Assembly: GCA_965220745.1 (NCBI GenBank)
Contig: CBDCQT010000012.1
Span: 512,001 to 576,000 of the forward strand
DNA length: 64,000 nucleotides
Source of the DNA: Alphaproteobacteria bacterium
GTDB taxonomy: Bacteria > Pseudomonadota > Alphaproteobacteria > UBA828
Direction: 5' to 3'
Each line of letters opens with the position of its first letter. Position 1 is the stretch's first letter. This document shows positions 52,641 through 62,797 of the stretch, one piece after another. The notes under the pieces were generated by a model that was given only the letters and a program-made list of their open reading frames with translations, had not been told where the DNA came from and did not search any database. Made by a program: the position numbers and the translations under genes.

Positions 52641-53627
52641 TCACGCGCCGATGCGCTCGGGCGCGCGGGAGAAATCGTGCTCGGCCTCGATCATGCGCAC
52701 GGTGCCGGTGCGCGAGCGCATGACCACCGAGCTGGTGCGCGCGCCGTGGGGCAGCCGCGAGACGCCGCGCAACATCGCGCCGTCGGTCACGCCGGTCGCG
52801 CAGAACATCACCTCGCCGCCGGCAAGCTCGTGCAGGGTGTACTTGCGCTTGAGATCGGTGACGCCCATCGCCCGCGCGCGCCTCTTCTCGTCGTCGTTGC
52901 GGAAAACCAGGCGGCCCATCATCTGGCCGCCGATGCAGCGAAGCGCCGCGGCGGCAAGCACCCCTTCGGGCGCACCGCCGATCCCCATGTAGATGTCGAC
53001 GGTGCGGTTGAGCCGCGTGGTCGCGATCACGCCGGCGACGTCGCCGTCCCGGATCAGCTGGATGCGCGCCCTGGTCTCGCGCACCTTGGCGATGAGCTCC
53101 TCGTGCCGGGGCCGGTCCAGGATCAGGACGGTCAGCTCGTTGACATCGCAGTCCTTCGCCTTGGCGAGCTTGGTCAGTGTGGTGGCCGGCGGGTCGTCGA
53201 GATCGACCAGCTCGTCCGGCAGCCCGTCGCCCACGGCGATCTTGTCCATGTAGGTGTCCGGCGCGGCGAGGAAGCCGCCTTTTTCCGCCATCGCCAGCAC
53301 GGCGAGCGCGTTGGGGCCGCCGGTGGCGCAGATGGTGGTCCCCTCAAGCGGGTCGAGCGCGACATCCAGGCTGGGCCCCTTGCCGGTGCCGACGGTCTCA
53401 CCGATGAAGAGCATCGGCGCCTCGTCCCGCTCGCCTTCGCCGATCACCACAGTGCCATCGATGTCGAGCGCGTTGAGGCCGCGCCGCATGGCATCGACGG
53501 CGGCCTGATCGGCGGCCATCTCGTCGCCGCGGCCGATCAGCCGGGCCGCCGCGCGGGCTGCGGCCTCGGTCACGCGCACCGCGTCCAGCGCCAGGTTGCG
53601 GTCGAGGGAGATCGCCTCCTCTGCCAT
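52641..53627 (-). CDS. glpX: Class II fructose-1,6-bisphosphatase
   Basis: VVIGEGERDEAPML, DPLEGT, GIGGAPEGV and ATGVTDG. Confidence 0.97.
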   Translation of the reverse strand: MAEEAISLDRNLALDAVRVTEAAARAAARLIGRGDEMAADQAAVDAMRRGLNALDIDGTVVIGEGERDEAPMLFIGETVGTGKGPSLDVALDPLEGTTICATGGPNALAVLAMAEKGGFLAAPDTYMDKIAVGDGLPDELVDLDDPPATTLTKLAKAKDCDVNELTVLILDRPRHEELIAKVRETRARIQLIRDGDVAGVIATTRLNRTVDIYMGIGGAPEGVLAAAALRCIGGQMMGRLVFRNDDEKRRARAMGVTDLKRKYTLHELAGGEVMFCATGVTDGAMLRGVSRLPHGARTSSVVMRSRTGTVRMIEAEHDFSRAPERIGA

Positions 53628-53636
53628 GGGCGCCCC

Positions 53637-54944
53637 CTAGAACGCTTCGATCCGGATCATGCGCGGCGGCTCCAGCACCGTGTCGAGGCGGTCGATGGCG
53701 GCGAGCGCGTTCACCACCGCCGCTTCCTGCGCCTCGTGGGTGGTGAGCACCACGGGCACCAGCTCGCCGGGGTTCCGTCCGCGTTGCAGCATGGCCTCCA
53801 CGGAGACCTGCTCGTCGCGCAGGCAGGCGGCGATGCCGGCAATCACGCCTGGCTTGTCCACCACCATCAGGCGAATGTAGTAGGCGCCGACGTGGTGGTC
53901 CATGGGCTTCGCGGCTGGCCGGGCCGTGCCCGCTGCCCCGGCGGGGAAGGCCGGCATGATCTGCCCGCGCGCGATGTCCGCGAGGTCGGCGACCACGGCC
54001 GATGCGGTCGGGCCCGCACCGGCGCCCGGCCCCTCGAACAGCGCGCTGCCGATCCGATCGCCCTCCGCCACCACGGCGTTGAAGACGCCGTCAACGCGGG
54101 CGATGGGCGCCGTCTCGCGGATCATGCAGGGGTGCACGCGCTGGGTGACCGCTACCTCATCGGCGCGGGTGATTCCCAGGAGCTTGACCCTGTAGCCGAG
54201 CTCGATGGCGAAGCCGATGTCGAGCGTGCTAACGTGGCGAATGCCCTCGACATGCACGGCGCCGAAGTCGACCTGGCAGCCGAAGACGACGCTGGTGAGG
54301 ATCGCGAGCTTGTGGGCCGCGTCGATGCCGTCGATATCGGTCGAAGGGTCGGCCTCCGCGTAGCCGAGCTCCTGCGCCTCCTGCAGCACGGAGGCGAAAT
54401 CGCGCGCCTGGCCGGCTCGCACCGACTCGTGCATCGCGGTCATGATGTAGTTGCAGGTGCCGTTCAGGATGCCGTAGACGCCGCCGATCCGATTGCCGGC
54501 GAGGCCCTCGCGCAGCGCCTTGACGATGGGGATGCCGCCGGCGACCGCGGCCTCGTAGCCGAGATGGCGGTCCGCCTGCTGGGCCGCGTCCGCGAGCGCC
54601 GCACCGTGATGGGCGAGCAGGGCCTTGTTCGCGGTCACCAGGTGCTTGCCGTTGGCGAAGGCGGCCTTGGAGAGCGCCCGCGCGATCCCTTCCGAGCCAC
54701 CGATCAGCTCGACCACGACATCGACGTCCGGGTGAGCGGCGAGCGCCCGCGCATCGTCCCGCCAGTCGAGACCGTCGAGCGGGACCCCGCGATCCTTGCC
54801 CCTGTCGCGCGACGAGACCGCGACCGCCTCGATCGGCCGGCCCGTGCGTTGTTCGAGCAGCGCAGCGTTGTCGCGCAGCAGGGCCAGCACGCCGCAGCCG
54901 ACCGTACCCAGCCCGGCGACGCCGATACGTAGCGGTTCAGGCAT
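53637..54944 (-). CDS. hom: Homoserine dehydrogenase
   Basis: GLGTVG, VTANKA, EAAVAGGIP, GILNGT, GYAEADP and a C-terminal ACT domain. Confidence 0.97.
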   Translation of the reverse strand: MPEPLRIGVAGLGTVGCGVLALLRDNAALLEQRTGRPIEAVAVSSRDRGKDRGVPLDGLDWRDDARALAAHPDVDVVVELIGGSEGIARALSKAAFANGKHLVTANKALLAHHGAALADAAQQADRHLGYEAAVAGGIPIVKALREGLAGNRIGGVYGILNGTCNYIMTAMHESVRAGQARDFASVLQEAQELGYAEADPSTDIDGIDAAHKLAILTSVVFGCQVDFGAVHVEGIRHVSTLDIGFAIELGYRVKLLGITRADEVAVTQRVHPCMIRETAPIARVDGVFNAVVAEGDRIGSALFEGPGAGAGPTASAVVADLADIARGQIMPAFPAGAAGTARPAAKPMDHHVGAYYIRLMVVDKPGVIAGIAACLRDEQVSVEAMLQRGRNPGELVPVVLTTHEAQEAAVVNALAAIDRLDTVLEPPRMIRIEAF

Positions 54945-55165
54945 AGGAATATTCTTCTTTCAGGTTGGTCTGTGGCGTCGGGTCAACGCGGCCGGCCGAT
55001 CCACGACCGCCCGGCACACAGTGGGGGCGACGGGTCACGACAGGGGAGGGGTCTCGGCGGGCCGGTCGCGAGACGAGGGGTACGACACGCCAGCGGCTGC
55101 CGGCGCGCCGTTGGTACGGTCGAGCAAGACGCCCAGCAGGATCATCCGCCGTTCGCTGCTGCAGG

Positions 55166-55531
55166 CTACTCGGTTTCCTCTGCCGGCTGATACACGGCGC
55201 GAACTTGCGTCATCGGCTCTTCCGACTCCACCCGCGCACGGAGCTCCTCGGCCGTGTGTTGCGCCTTCTCGCGGTCCGCTACCAGGCCGGCGGTCAGCTC
55301 GACACGCTCTTCCGCACTCGAAACGGCGGGCGCCTCGCTCGGCACTTCGCTAACGGAGCGGTAGGAGTCGTCGTCATCGGACACCGCATCGCCGGCGAAG
55401 ATCTCGTCGTCGTCCTCGACATAGCTGAACAGGTCGCCGATGTAATCGGTCGTGTCCTCGACCGCCGTGCATCCGGTCACGATGAGGCCAAGAGCAAGCG
55501 GCGCGATCGCGAGGAGCGCGAGTGGCCGCAT
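55166..55531 (-). CDS. Hypothetical acidic lipoprotein
   Basis: MRPLALLAIAPLALGLIVTGC lipobox; alternative start at 55585. Confidence 0.6.
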   Translation of the reverse strand: MRPLALLAIAPLALGLIVTGCTAVEDTTDYIGDLFSYVEDDDEIFAGDAVSDDDDSYRSVSEVPSEAPAVSSAEERVELTAGLVADREKAQHTAEELRARVESEEPMTQVRAVYQPAEETE

Positions 55532-55742
55532 CCGTTGCCGCCTGAGAGTGGGTGTGGTCGCCTGATGGCCCTGGGAATCGTGCATGGGGAATTCTCCTGG
55601 TTGGCTGGCGATGCCCTGCAACCGCCAGCGTTGAGCACGGTCCGACTCGTGGGTAGCATATACGCAATTCAGATCATTCGCATTGGCGGGCGGCGGCCGA
55701 CAGGCGCGCCTGCCGACCCACCCCTCACGGATACGGCTCACG

Positions 55743-57536
55743 ATGCCTGACGACCCGCCCGCCGCAGACGCGACGGAACACGACATGGCCGACCAACTCG
55801 CCGCCATTGCGCAGCAAAGCCAGCGGATCGCGGCGCGTTTCCTGAGCGGGCAGCGCGCGGCGGGCGCCGGGACGGCCTCGGACCCGCTCAACCTGAGCGC
55901 CGCCCTGGGGGCGATGGCGCGAAGCCTGGCCGAGGACCCCTCGCCGCTGATCGACGCCCAGATGAAGTGGTGGGACGGCTATCTCAGGCTGTGGCAGCAA
56001 GGCGCTCAGCGGCTGCAAGGCGAGGAGCCGGCCCAGCCGGTGGCCGCGCCCGAGCCCGATGACCGGCGCTTTCGCGATCCTGCCTGGACCGAGAGCTGGG
56101 TCTTCGATCACCTGAAGCAATCGTACCTGCTGACCGCCGCCTGCATGCAGTCGGCTGTGGGGAACCTGCGCGGCCTCGACGAGAAGGACGCCGCCAAGCT
56201 CGCCTTATACACGCGCCAGTTCGTCGATTCGCTGGCGCCGACCAATTTCCTCGCCACCAACCCCGCGGCACTCAAGGAGACCGCCGAGACCAGGGGCGAG
56301 AACCTGTTCAGGGGCCTGCGCAACGTGCTCGACGATTTGGAGCGCAACGAGGGCCGGTTCGCGCCGCGCATGTCGGACGAGGACCACTTCGTCCTGGGCG
56401 AGACCATCGCCACGACGCCAGGAAAGGTCGTCTTCCAGAACGAGTTGATGCAGCTGATCCAGTACGCGCCGGGCACGGAGACGGTGTATCGCCGGCCGCT
56501 CCTGATCGTGCCGCCCTGGATCAACAAGTACTACGTGCTCGATCTGCGGCCGAAGAACTCCTTCGTCCGATGGGCCGTATCGAAGGGCTACACGGTCTTC
56601 ATGATCTCGTGGGTCAACCCGGACGAGCGCCTCGCGGAGAAGACCTTCGAGGACTACATGGTGGAAGGCCCGCTGGCCGCACTCGATGCGATCGAGCAAG
56701 CGACGGGCGAGCGCGATGTTGCGGCGATCGGCTACTGCCTGGGCGGCACGCTCACGGCAGCGACGCTCGCCTATCTCGCGGCGCGGGGCGACAAGCGGAT
56801 CAGGAGCGCCACCTTCTTCGCCTCCCTCGTGGATTTTGCCGAGCCCGGCGAGCTCGGCGTCTTCATCGACGACGCCCAGCTCGAGTCGCTGGAAGCCATG
56901 ATGGCGGAGAAGGGCTATCTCGACGGCCGTCACATGGCGACGACCTTCAATATGCTGCGCGCCAACGACCTGATCTGGTCCTTCGTGGTCAACAACTACC
57001 TGCTCGGCCGCGAGCCGCTGCCCTTCGACCTGCTCTTCTGGAACGCGGATTCGACCCGGATGCCGGCGGCGATGCACGGCTTCTACCTGCGCAAGATGTA
57101 TCAGGAGAACCTGCTGGCTCGGCCGGAGGGCCTGAGCCTCGCCGGCGTCCCCATCGACCTCGGCCGCATCGACATCCCGACCTATATCGTGGCGACGCGG
57201 GAGGACCACATCGCGCCGTGGCAGTCCTGCTTCGCCGCGTGCGGGCTCTATCGGGGGCAGCGCCGCTTCGTGCTCGGCGCCTCCGGCCATATCGCCGGTA
57301 TCATCAACCCGCCCAAGGCCGGCAAGTACGGCTACTGGACCGGGCCGGTCGTGGAGGCGCAGGACGCCGATGCATGGCTCGCCGCCGCCGAGCACCACGA
57401 GGGCTCGTGGTGGAACGACTGGCACGCCTGGCAGCGCCGCCGCTCAGGCGGCAAGAAGGTGCCGGCGCGTGTGCCCGGCGACGGCGCGCTCAGGCTGATC
57501 GAGGACGCGCCGGGCGCCTACGTCTTGGCGAGCTAG
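55743..57536 (+). CDS. phaC: Class I polyhydroxyalkanoate synthase
   Basis: PPWINKYYVLDL, GYCLGG, DHIAPW and SGHIAG. Confidence 0.96.
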   Translation: MPDDPPAADATEHDMADQLAAIAQQSQRIAARFLSGQRAAGAGTASDPLNLSAALGAMARSLAEDPSPLIDAQMKWWDGYLRLWQQGAQRLQGEEPAQPVAAPEPDDRRFRDPAWTESWVFDHLKQSYLLTAACMQSAVGNLRGLDEKDAAKLALYTRQFVDSLAPTNFLATNPAALKETAETRGENLFRGLRNVLDDLERNEGRFAPRMSDEDHFVLGETIATTPGKVVFQNELMQLIQYAPGTETVYRRPLLIVPPWINKYYVLDLRPKNSFVRWAVSKGYTVFMISWVNPDERLAEKTFEDYMVEGPLAALDAIEQATGERDVAAIGYCLGGTLTAATLAYLAARGDKRIRSATFFASLVDFAEPGELGVFIDDAQLESLEAMMAEKGYLDGRHMATTFNMLRANDLIWSFVVNNYLLGREPLPFDLLFWNADSTRMPAAMHGFYLRKMYQENLLARPEGLSLAGVPIDLGRIDIPTYIVATREDHIAPWQSCFAACGLYRGQRRFVLGASGHIAGIINPPKAGKYGYWTGPVVEAQDADAWLAAAEHHEGSWWNDWHAWQRRRSGGKKVPARVPGDGALRLIEDAPGAYVLAS

Positions 57537-58083
57537 GGGCGGGTGCCCGCTGCGGCGGGCCCGAGGATGCCCGGTATTCGCCGGCACGGTTCGCGTAGCG
57601 CCGGGCGATGGTGGTGATGGTTTCGCGCTCCGCGTTGCTCACCATGCGCACCGCCTTCGCGGGCCGGCCCATCCACATCTCGCCGCTCTTGACCCGCTTG
57701 CCCGGTGTCACCAGCGCGCCGGCGGCAACCCACGCGCCGCTCTCCACCACCGCGAAGTCCATCACGGTGGCGCCCATGCCGATCATGCAGGCGTCCTCCA
57801 GGATGCAGGCGTGCAGCAGGCACATGTGGCCCACCACCACGTCGTCTCCGATGAGCGTGGGGCCGTCTGCCGTGGCGGTATGGATGATCGTTCCGTCCTG
57901 GACGTTGCTGCGTGCGCCCATGCGGATGTAGTTCACGTCGCCGCGCAAGACACAGTTGAACCAGATGCTCGACTGCGCCCCCATGATGACGTCGCCGATC
58001 ACGGTGCTGCCGGCCGCGACGAAGGCGCTCGGCGCCACCTGGGGCCAGCGGTGGCGATAGGGGAGCAGCAGGCCGGCGGACAT
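57490..58083 (-). CDS. Gamma carbonic anhydrase family protein
   Basis: LRGDVN, NVQDG..H, GH..LHAC and hexapeptide repeats. Confidence 0.9.
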   Translation of the reverse strand: MSAGLLLPYRHRWPQVAPSAFVAAGSTVIGDVIMGAQSSIWFNCVLRGDVNYIRMGARSNVQDGTIIHTATADGPTLIGDDVVVGHMCLLHACILEDACMIGMGATVMDFAVVESGAWVAAGALVTPGKRVKSGEMWMGRPAKAVRMVSNAERETITTIARRYANRAGEYRASSGPPQRAPAPSSPRRRRPARPRSA

Positions 58084-58097
58084 AGGCTCCCGTCTCG

Positions 58098-59156
58098 CTA
58101 AGGAAAGAGCGGCGCCTGCTCGAGCCCGGTCGTCTCCGGCAGGGCGTGCATCAGGTTCATGTTCTGAATCGCCTGGCCCGAGGCGCCCTTGACCAGATTG
58201 TCGATGGCCGAGATCAGGATCGCGCGCCCCTCGATCCGGTCGTCGAAGACCCCGATGAGGCAGTGGTTGGAGCCCCGCACGTGGCGTGTCGCCGGCGCCG
58301 TGCCCGCAGGTAGCACGCGCACGAACGGCTCGTCCGCGTAGCGCCGGGCGAGGGCTTCGCGCAGGGCATCGGCGCCCGCGCTGCTGCGCACGTAGATCGT
58401 CGCCAGAATGCCTCGGTTCATCGGCATGAGGTGGGGCGTGAAGTTGACCCGTACCGGCGCGCCAGCCGCGGCCGAGAGCCCTTGCTCGATCTCGGGCGCG
58501 TGGCGGTGGGCGGCGATGCCGTAGGCGTGCACGCCTTCGCCGACCTCGGCGAAGAGGCTTCCCTGCTTGGCCTCGCGCCCGGCGCCGGAAACGCCCGACT
58601 TGGCGTCGATGATGATGTCGTCGCTCTCGATCAGCCCGTCTTCGAGCAGCGGCGCCAACGGCAGCTGCGCGGAGGTCGGGTAGCAGCCGGGGTTCGCCAC
58701 CAGGCGGGCGCTGCGGACCTCCTCACGCGCGAGCTCGGTAAGTCCGTAGACCGCCTCGGCCTGAAGCGCGACGGCGCCGTGCGCCCGCCCATACCATGCG
58801 GCATAGACCTCGGGGTCGGCGAGCCGGAAGTCGGCCGACAGGTCCACGACCTTCAGGTGCTCGGGGAGCGCGGCAATGACCTCCTGCGTGGTGCCGTGAG
58901 GCAGGCAGCAGAAGACCGCGTCCAGCGCATCCCAGCCGGCGTCCTCGATCTTGACGAGGTCGGGGAAACCCGCGCCGTCGAGATGGGGGAAGACTGCGCC
59001 CAGGCTCTGGCCCGCGCGGCGTTCGGCGGTCAGCAAGCCGACCGAGAAGCCGTCGTGATGCGCCAGCAGGCGCAGCAGCTCGCCGCCGGTATAGCCGCTC
59101 GCGCCGAGCACGCCGACGCGCGCGGTGTTGCCCGTGCCTGAGGAGGAGGGGCTCAT
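58098..59156 (-). CDS. argC: N-acetyl-gamma-glutamyl-phosphate reductase
   Basis: GASGYTG, DLSADFR, ANPGCYPT and DNLVKGASGQA. Confidence 0.97.
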   Translation of the reverse strand: MSPSSSGTGNTARVGVLGASGYTGGELLRLLAHHDGFSVGLLTAERRAGQSLGAVFPHLDGAGFPDLVKIEDAGWDALDAVFCCLPHGTTQEVIAALPEHLKVVDLSADFRLADPEVYAAWYGRAHGAVALQAEAVYGLTELAREEVRSARLVANPGCYPTSAQLPLAPLLEDGLIESDDIIIDAKSGVSGAGREAKQGSLFAEVGEGVHAYGIAAHRHAPEIEQGLSAAAGAPVRVNFTPHLMPMNRGILATIYVRSSAGADALREALARRYADEPFVRVLPAGTAPATRHVRGSNHCLIGVFDDRIEGRAILISAIDNLVKGASGQAIQNMNLMHALPETTGLEQAPLFP

Positions 59157-59213
59157 GGGTAGCCTGTTTCGATCGCGAAAGCCGGAGGTAAAGGCGCGCC
59201 GGCGACGCCTGAC

Positions 59214-59696
59214 TTAACGCTTCGAGAACTGGAAGCTGCGGCGGGCCTTGCGCTTGCCGTACTTCTTGCGCTCCACGACGCGGCTGTCGCGGGTGAGGAA
59301 GCCGCCGGACTTGAGCATCTTGCGCAGCTCCGGCTCGCGCGCTGCAAGCGCCCGGCTGATCCCGTGACGCAGCGCTCCGGCCTGGCCCGAGAGGCCGCCG
59401 CCCTTGACCGTGCAGATGACGTCGTACTGGGTGCGGCGCCCGACCAGCTCCGCCGGTTGGTTGATGATCATCCGAAGCGCTGGGCGGGCGAAATAGTCCT
59501 CCACCGGGCGCTTGTTGACCGTGATCGTGCCGATGCCGGGCCGCAGCCACACGCGCGCCACCGCGTCCTTGCGCTTGCCGGTCGAGTAGGTGCGGCCGAG
59601 CCGGTCGATCTGCGGCTCCGGCTCGATGTCGGCGTCGGGCCGGGCGACCTCGCCAAGCTCGGCGAGGCTGGTCAGGGTCTTCGGCTCGTCAACCAC
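59214..59696 (-). CDS. rpsI: 30S ribosomal protein S9
   Basis: [20 protein letters not shown] and ERKKYG..KAR..QFSKR. Confidence 0.98.
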   Translation of the reverse strand: MVDEPKTLTSLAELGEVARPDADIEPEPQIDRLGRTYSTGKRKDAVARVWLRPGIGTITVNKRPVEDYFARPALRMIINQPAELVGRRTQYDVICTVKGGGLSGQAGALRHGISRALAAREPELRKMLKSGGFLTRDSRVVERKKYGKRKARRSFQFSKR

Positions 59697-60162
59697 GGAG
59701 CGTGCTCCTCGCGTTCTTCGGATTCATCGCGGCGATATCGAGGGGCTCCGGCTGCTGCGCCTCGTGCGGATGGTCCGGGCCGGGATAGACCTTGAGGTTC
59801 GCCATCTGCCGGCGGCCCAAGGGGCCCTTGGGGATCATCCGCTGCACCGCCTTGATCACCACCTCCTCGGGCCTCTTGCCGCCGAGAATGCGGGCCGCCG
59901 TGCGGGTCTTGAGGCCGCCGGGATACCCGGTGTGGTGGTGATAGAGCTTGTCTTCCCGCTTGCGCCCGGTGAGCCGGACCTTCCCGGCATTGACGACGAT
60001 GATGTTGTCACCGCAATCCATGTGCGGGGTGTAGCTCGGCTTGTGCTTGCCGCGCAGACGGGTCGCGACGATGCTGGCGAGCCGGCCGAGGACGAGGTCC
60101 TCCGCGTCCACCAGCATCCACTTCTTCTCGATTGTGGCAGGCGTTGCCGAGAAGGTTTTCAT
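59689..60162 (-). CDS. rplM: 50S ribosomal protein L13
   Basis: MKTFSA, LGRLAS, GKHKP.YTPH.DCGD and HTGYPGG. Confidence 0.98.
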   Translation of the reverse strand: MKTFSATPATIEKKWMLVDAEDLVLGRLASIVATRLRGKHKPSYTPHMDCGDNIIVVNAGKVRLTGRKREDKLYHHHTGYPGGLKTRTAARILGGKRPEEVVIKAVQRMIPKGPLGRRQMANLKVYPGPDHPHEAQQPEPLDIAAMNPKNARSTLRG

Positions 60163-60237
60163 TTCGCTCACGACGATGGGATGTGACAAAACGGCGCGCG
60201 GCCTCGTTCGGCTCTCGCCGGCCCGCGCGCCGCCGGG

Positions 60238-60265
60238 AGTATGCCACAGGACTTTGCCCAGTCAA
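60238..60265 (-). promoter_or_regulatory. Putative sigma70 promoter of rplM-rpsI
   Basis: TTGACT-N16-CATACT on the minus strand upstream of rplM. Confidence 0.5.
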
Positions 60266-60327
60266 CGGCAGCGTTGCGGGATGATGCGTGGCACTATCGC
60301 ATGGATCGAAGACGGAGTTTGGAGACC

Positions 60328-61140
60328 ATGTCCGACGTAGCGGGGAAGGTGGCACTCATCACCGGTGGCGGCACGGGGATCGGCAAGGGCATCGCACTGC
60401 TGTTCGCGCGCGAGGACATGAAGCTGGCCCTCAACGGGCTGGAACGCGCGCCGAGTGCCGAGAACCAGTACGAGACGAACCACATCGGCGGCTACTCCGC
60501 GGCGCTGGCCGTGGCGCAGGAGATCGGCGGCGATGCCATCGCCATCGATGCGGATGTGTCCGACGCCGGCGCCGTCGAGGCCATGTTCGCGCAGACGGTG
60601 GAGCGCTTCGGCCGGGTCGATGTCGTGGTCAACGCTGCCGGCGTGATCACCGCCCGCCCGATCGCCGACATGAGCGAGGCCGAGTGGGACAACATCATGG
60701 ACGTGAACGCCAAGGGGACGTTCCTGGTGAACAAGGCGGCGGTCATCCAGATGCGCGCGCAAGGCGACGGCGGCAGGATCGTCAACATCTCCTCGGTCGC
60801 GGGCAAGTTCGGCACCGCGACGCTCTCGCATTATTGCGCGTCCAAGTTCGCGGTCATCGGCTTCTCGAACGCGCTGGCCAAGGAGGTGGCGCGCGAGGGC
60901 ATCACGGTGAACTGCATCTGCCCCGGCATCGTGGGCACGCAGATGTGGACGCTGCTTAACGTCGCCTTCGGGGAATCGGGGGAGACGCCGGAGCAGACCT
61001 ACGCACGCTTCATCGAGGGCTACATTCCCCAGGGCGTTCCACAGACCGAGGAAGACATGGCGGAGCTCGCGCTCTATCTCGTGCGCGCGCCCCATGTCAC
61101 CGGGCAGGCCATCAACCTCGACGGCGGCGCTGCGCTGTAG
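60328..61140 (+). CDS. SDR family oxidoreductase
   Basis: TGGGTGIG, NAAG, YCASK and ICPG. Confidence 0.9.
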   Translation: MSDVAGKVALITGGGTGIGKGIALLFAREDMKLALNGLERAPSAENQYETNHIGGYSAALAVAQEIGGDAIAIDADVSDAGAVEAMFAQTVERFGRVDVVVNAAGVITARPIADMSEAEWDNIMDVNAKGTFLVNKAAVIQMRAQGDGGRIVNISSVAGKFGTATLSHYCASKFAVIGFSNALAKEVAREGITVNCICPGIVGTQMWTLLNVAFGESGETPEQTYARFIEGYIPQGVPQTEEDMAELALYLVRAPHVTGQAINLDGGAAL

Positions 61141-61167
61141 AGCCTGAGCCGGGACGTCACGCCGGAG

Positions 61168-62778
61168 TCACGCCTCGCGAATCATGTCGGCGGCCTTCTC
61201 CGCGATCATGATGACCGGCGAGGCGGTGTTGCCCGACGTGATCCGGGGCATGATCGAGGCATCCACGACGCGCAGGCCCTTCAGCCCGTGCACGCGCAGC
61301 TCCGAGTCCACGACCGCGTCGGGGTCTTCGCCCATCTTGCACGTCCCGACCGGGTGGAAGATCGTGGTCGCGATGTTGCCGACCTCCCTGACCAGGTCGT
61401 CGTCGGACTTAACCTCGGGGCCGGGCAGCAGCTCCTTCGGCGCGTAACGCTTCAGCGCCCTGGCCGTCATGATCCGGCGGACCTGGTGGACGGACTTGAC
61501 CGCGATGCGGCGGTCGTGCGCGGTCGTGAGGTAGTTCGGCTTGATCTCGGGTTGCGCGTCCAGGTCAGTTGTCGTCACGTGGCAGGTGCCCCGGCTTTCC
61601 GGGCGCAGGTTGCAGACTGACATCGTGATGGCGGGGTAGGGATGGAGCGGATCGCCCAGCCGGTCGGTGGAGAGAGGCTGGACGTGATACTCCAGATCGG
61701 GCGTAGCGAGCGCGGGGTCTGACTTCGTAAACATGCCGAATTGGCTCGGCGCCATCGACATCGGGCCGCTCCGGCGCAACGCGTATTCGAGAACGATGCC
61801 CGCCTTGCCCCAGAGGCTGTTCGCGAGAGTGTTCAGGGTTTTCGCGCCGCTCACGCCGTAGACCGTGCGGATCTGCAGGTGATCCATCAGGTTCTCGCCG
61901 ACTCCGGGGCTTTCGTGCGTCGCCTCGATACCGAGCCCGGCGAGCCGCGCGGGCTGGCCGATGCCGGAAAGCTCCAGGATCTTGGGCGAGTTGATGGACC
62001 CTGCGGCGAGCAGCACCTCGGCATCGGCGTGTGCCTCGCGCCGGGCCCCTTTGTGCCGATAGACCAGGCCGCGCACCGCGCGCCCTTCGAGGATCAGCCG
62101 CTCGGTCTCGGCCCGGAGGACGACGCGCAGGTTGGGTCGTTTCATCGCCGGCTTGAGGAAGCCGCGGGCCGTGGTCCAGCGCACGCCGTTGCGCTGGTTC
62201 ACCTCGAAGAAGCCCGAGCCCTCGTTGTCACCGTCGTTGAAGTCGGCGCGGGGCTGAATCCCGAATTCCTTCGCGGCCTCTTGCACCGCTTCCAGGATGT
62301 CCCAGCGCAGCCGCTGCGTCGTGACCTTCCAGCCGCCGCCGGTGCCGTGCATCGGGCTTGGGCCGGCGTGGTAGTCCTCCGACTTGAGGAAGTAGGGCAG
62401 CACGTCGTCCCAGCCCCAGCCGAGGTTGCCGAGCTGGCGCCAGTGGTCGTAGTCCGCCGCCTGGCCTCGCATGTAGATCATGCCGTTGACCGCGGTGCAG
62501 CCGCCCAGCACCTTGCCGCGGGGGTAGACCAGGCTGCGCCCGTTGAGGCCCGGCTCGGACGCCGTCTTCATCATCCAGTCGGTGCGGGGGTTGCCGATGC
62601 AGTAGAGGTAGCCCACGGGGATATGGACCCAGTGGTAGGCGTCGCTGCGGCCGGCTTCGAGCAGGAGCACGCGGGTCCGGGGGTCTTCGGTCAGGCGGTT
62701 GGCGAGCACGCAACCGGCCGTGCCGGCGCCCACGATGATGTAGTCGTAGCGGCCGTCGAGCGATTCCGGGGCTGCCAT
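61168..62778 (-). CDS. GMC oxidoreductase (choline dehydrogenase-like)
   Basis: [31 protein letters not shown] and VVDASIMP. Confidence 0.93.
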   Translation of the reverse strand: MAAPESLDGRYDYIIVGAGTAGCVLANRLTEDPRTRVLLLEAGRSDAYHWVHIPVGYLYCIGNPRTDWMMKTASEPGLNGRSLVYPRGKVLGGCTAVNGMIYMRGQAADYDHWRQLGNLGWGWDDVLPYFLKSEDYHAGPSPMHGTGGGWKVTTQRLRWDILEAVQEAAKEFGIQPRADFNDGDNEGSGFFEVNQRNGVRWTTARGFLKPAMKRPNLRVVLRAETERLILEGRAVRGLVYRHKGARREAHADAEVLLAAGSINSPKILELSGIGQPARLAGLGIEATHESPGVGENLMDHLQIRTVYGVSGAKTLNTLANSLWGKAGIVLEYALRRSGPMSMAPSQFGMFTKSDPALATPDLEYHVQPLSTDRLGDPLHPYPAITMSVCNLRPESRGTCHVTTTDLDAQPEIKPNYLTTAHDRRIAVKSVHQVRRIMTARALKRYAPKELLPGPEVKSDDDLVREVGNIATTIFHPVGTCKMGEDPDAVVDSELRVHGLKGLRVVDASIMPRITSGNTASPVIMIAEKAADMIREA

Positions 62779-62797
62779 GCGCGTCTCCACGCGGCCG

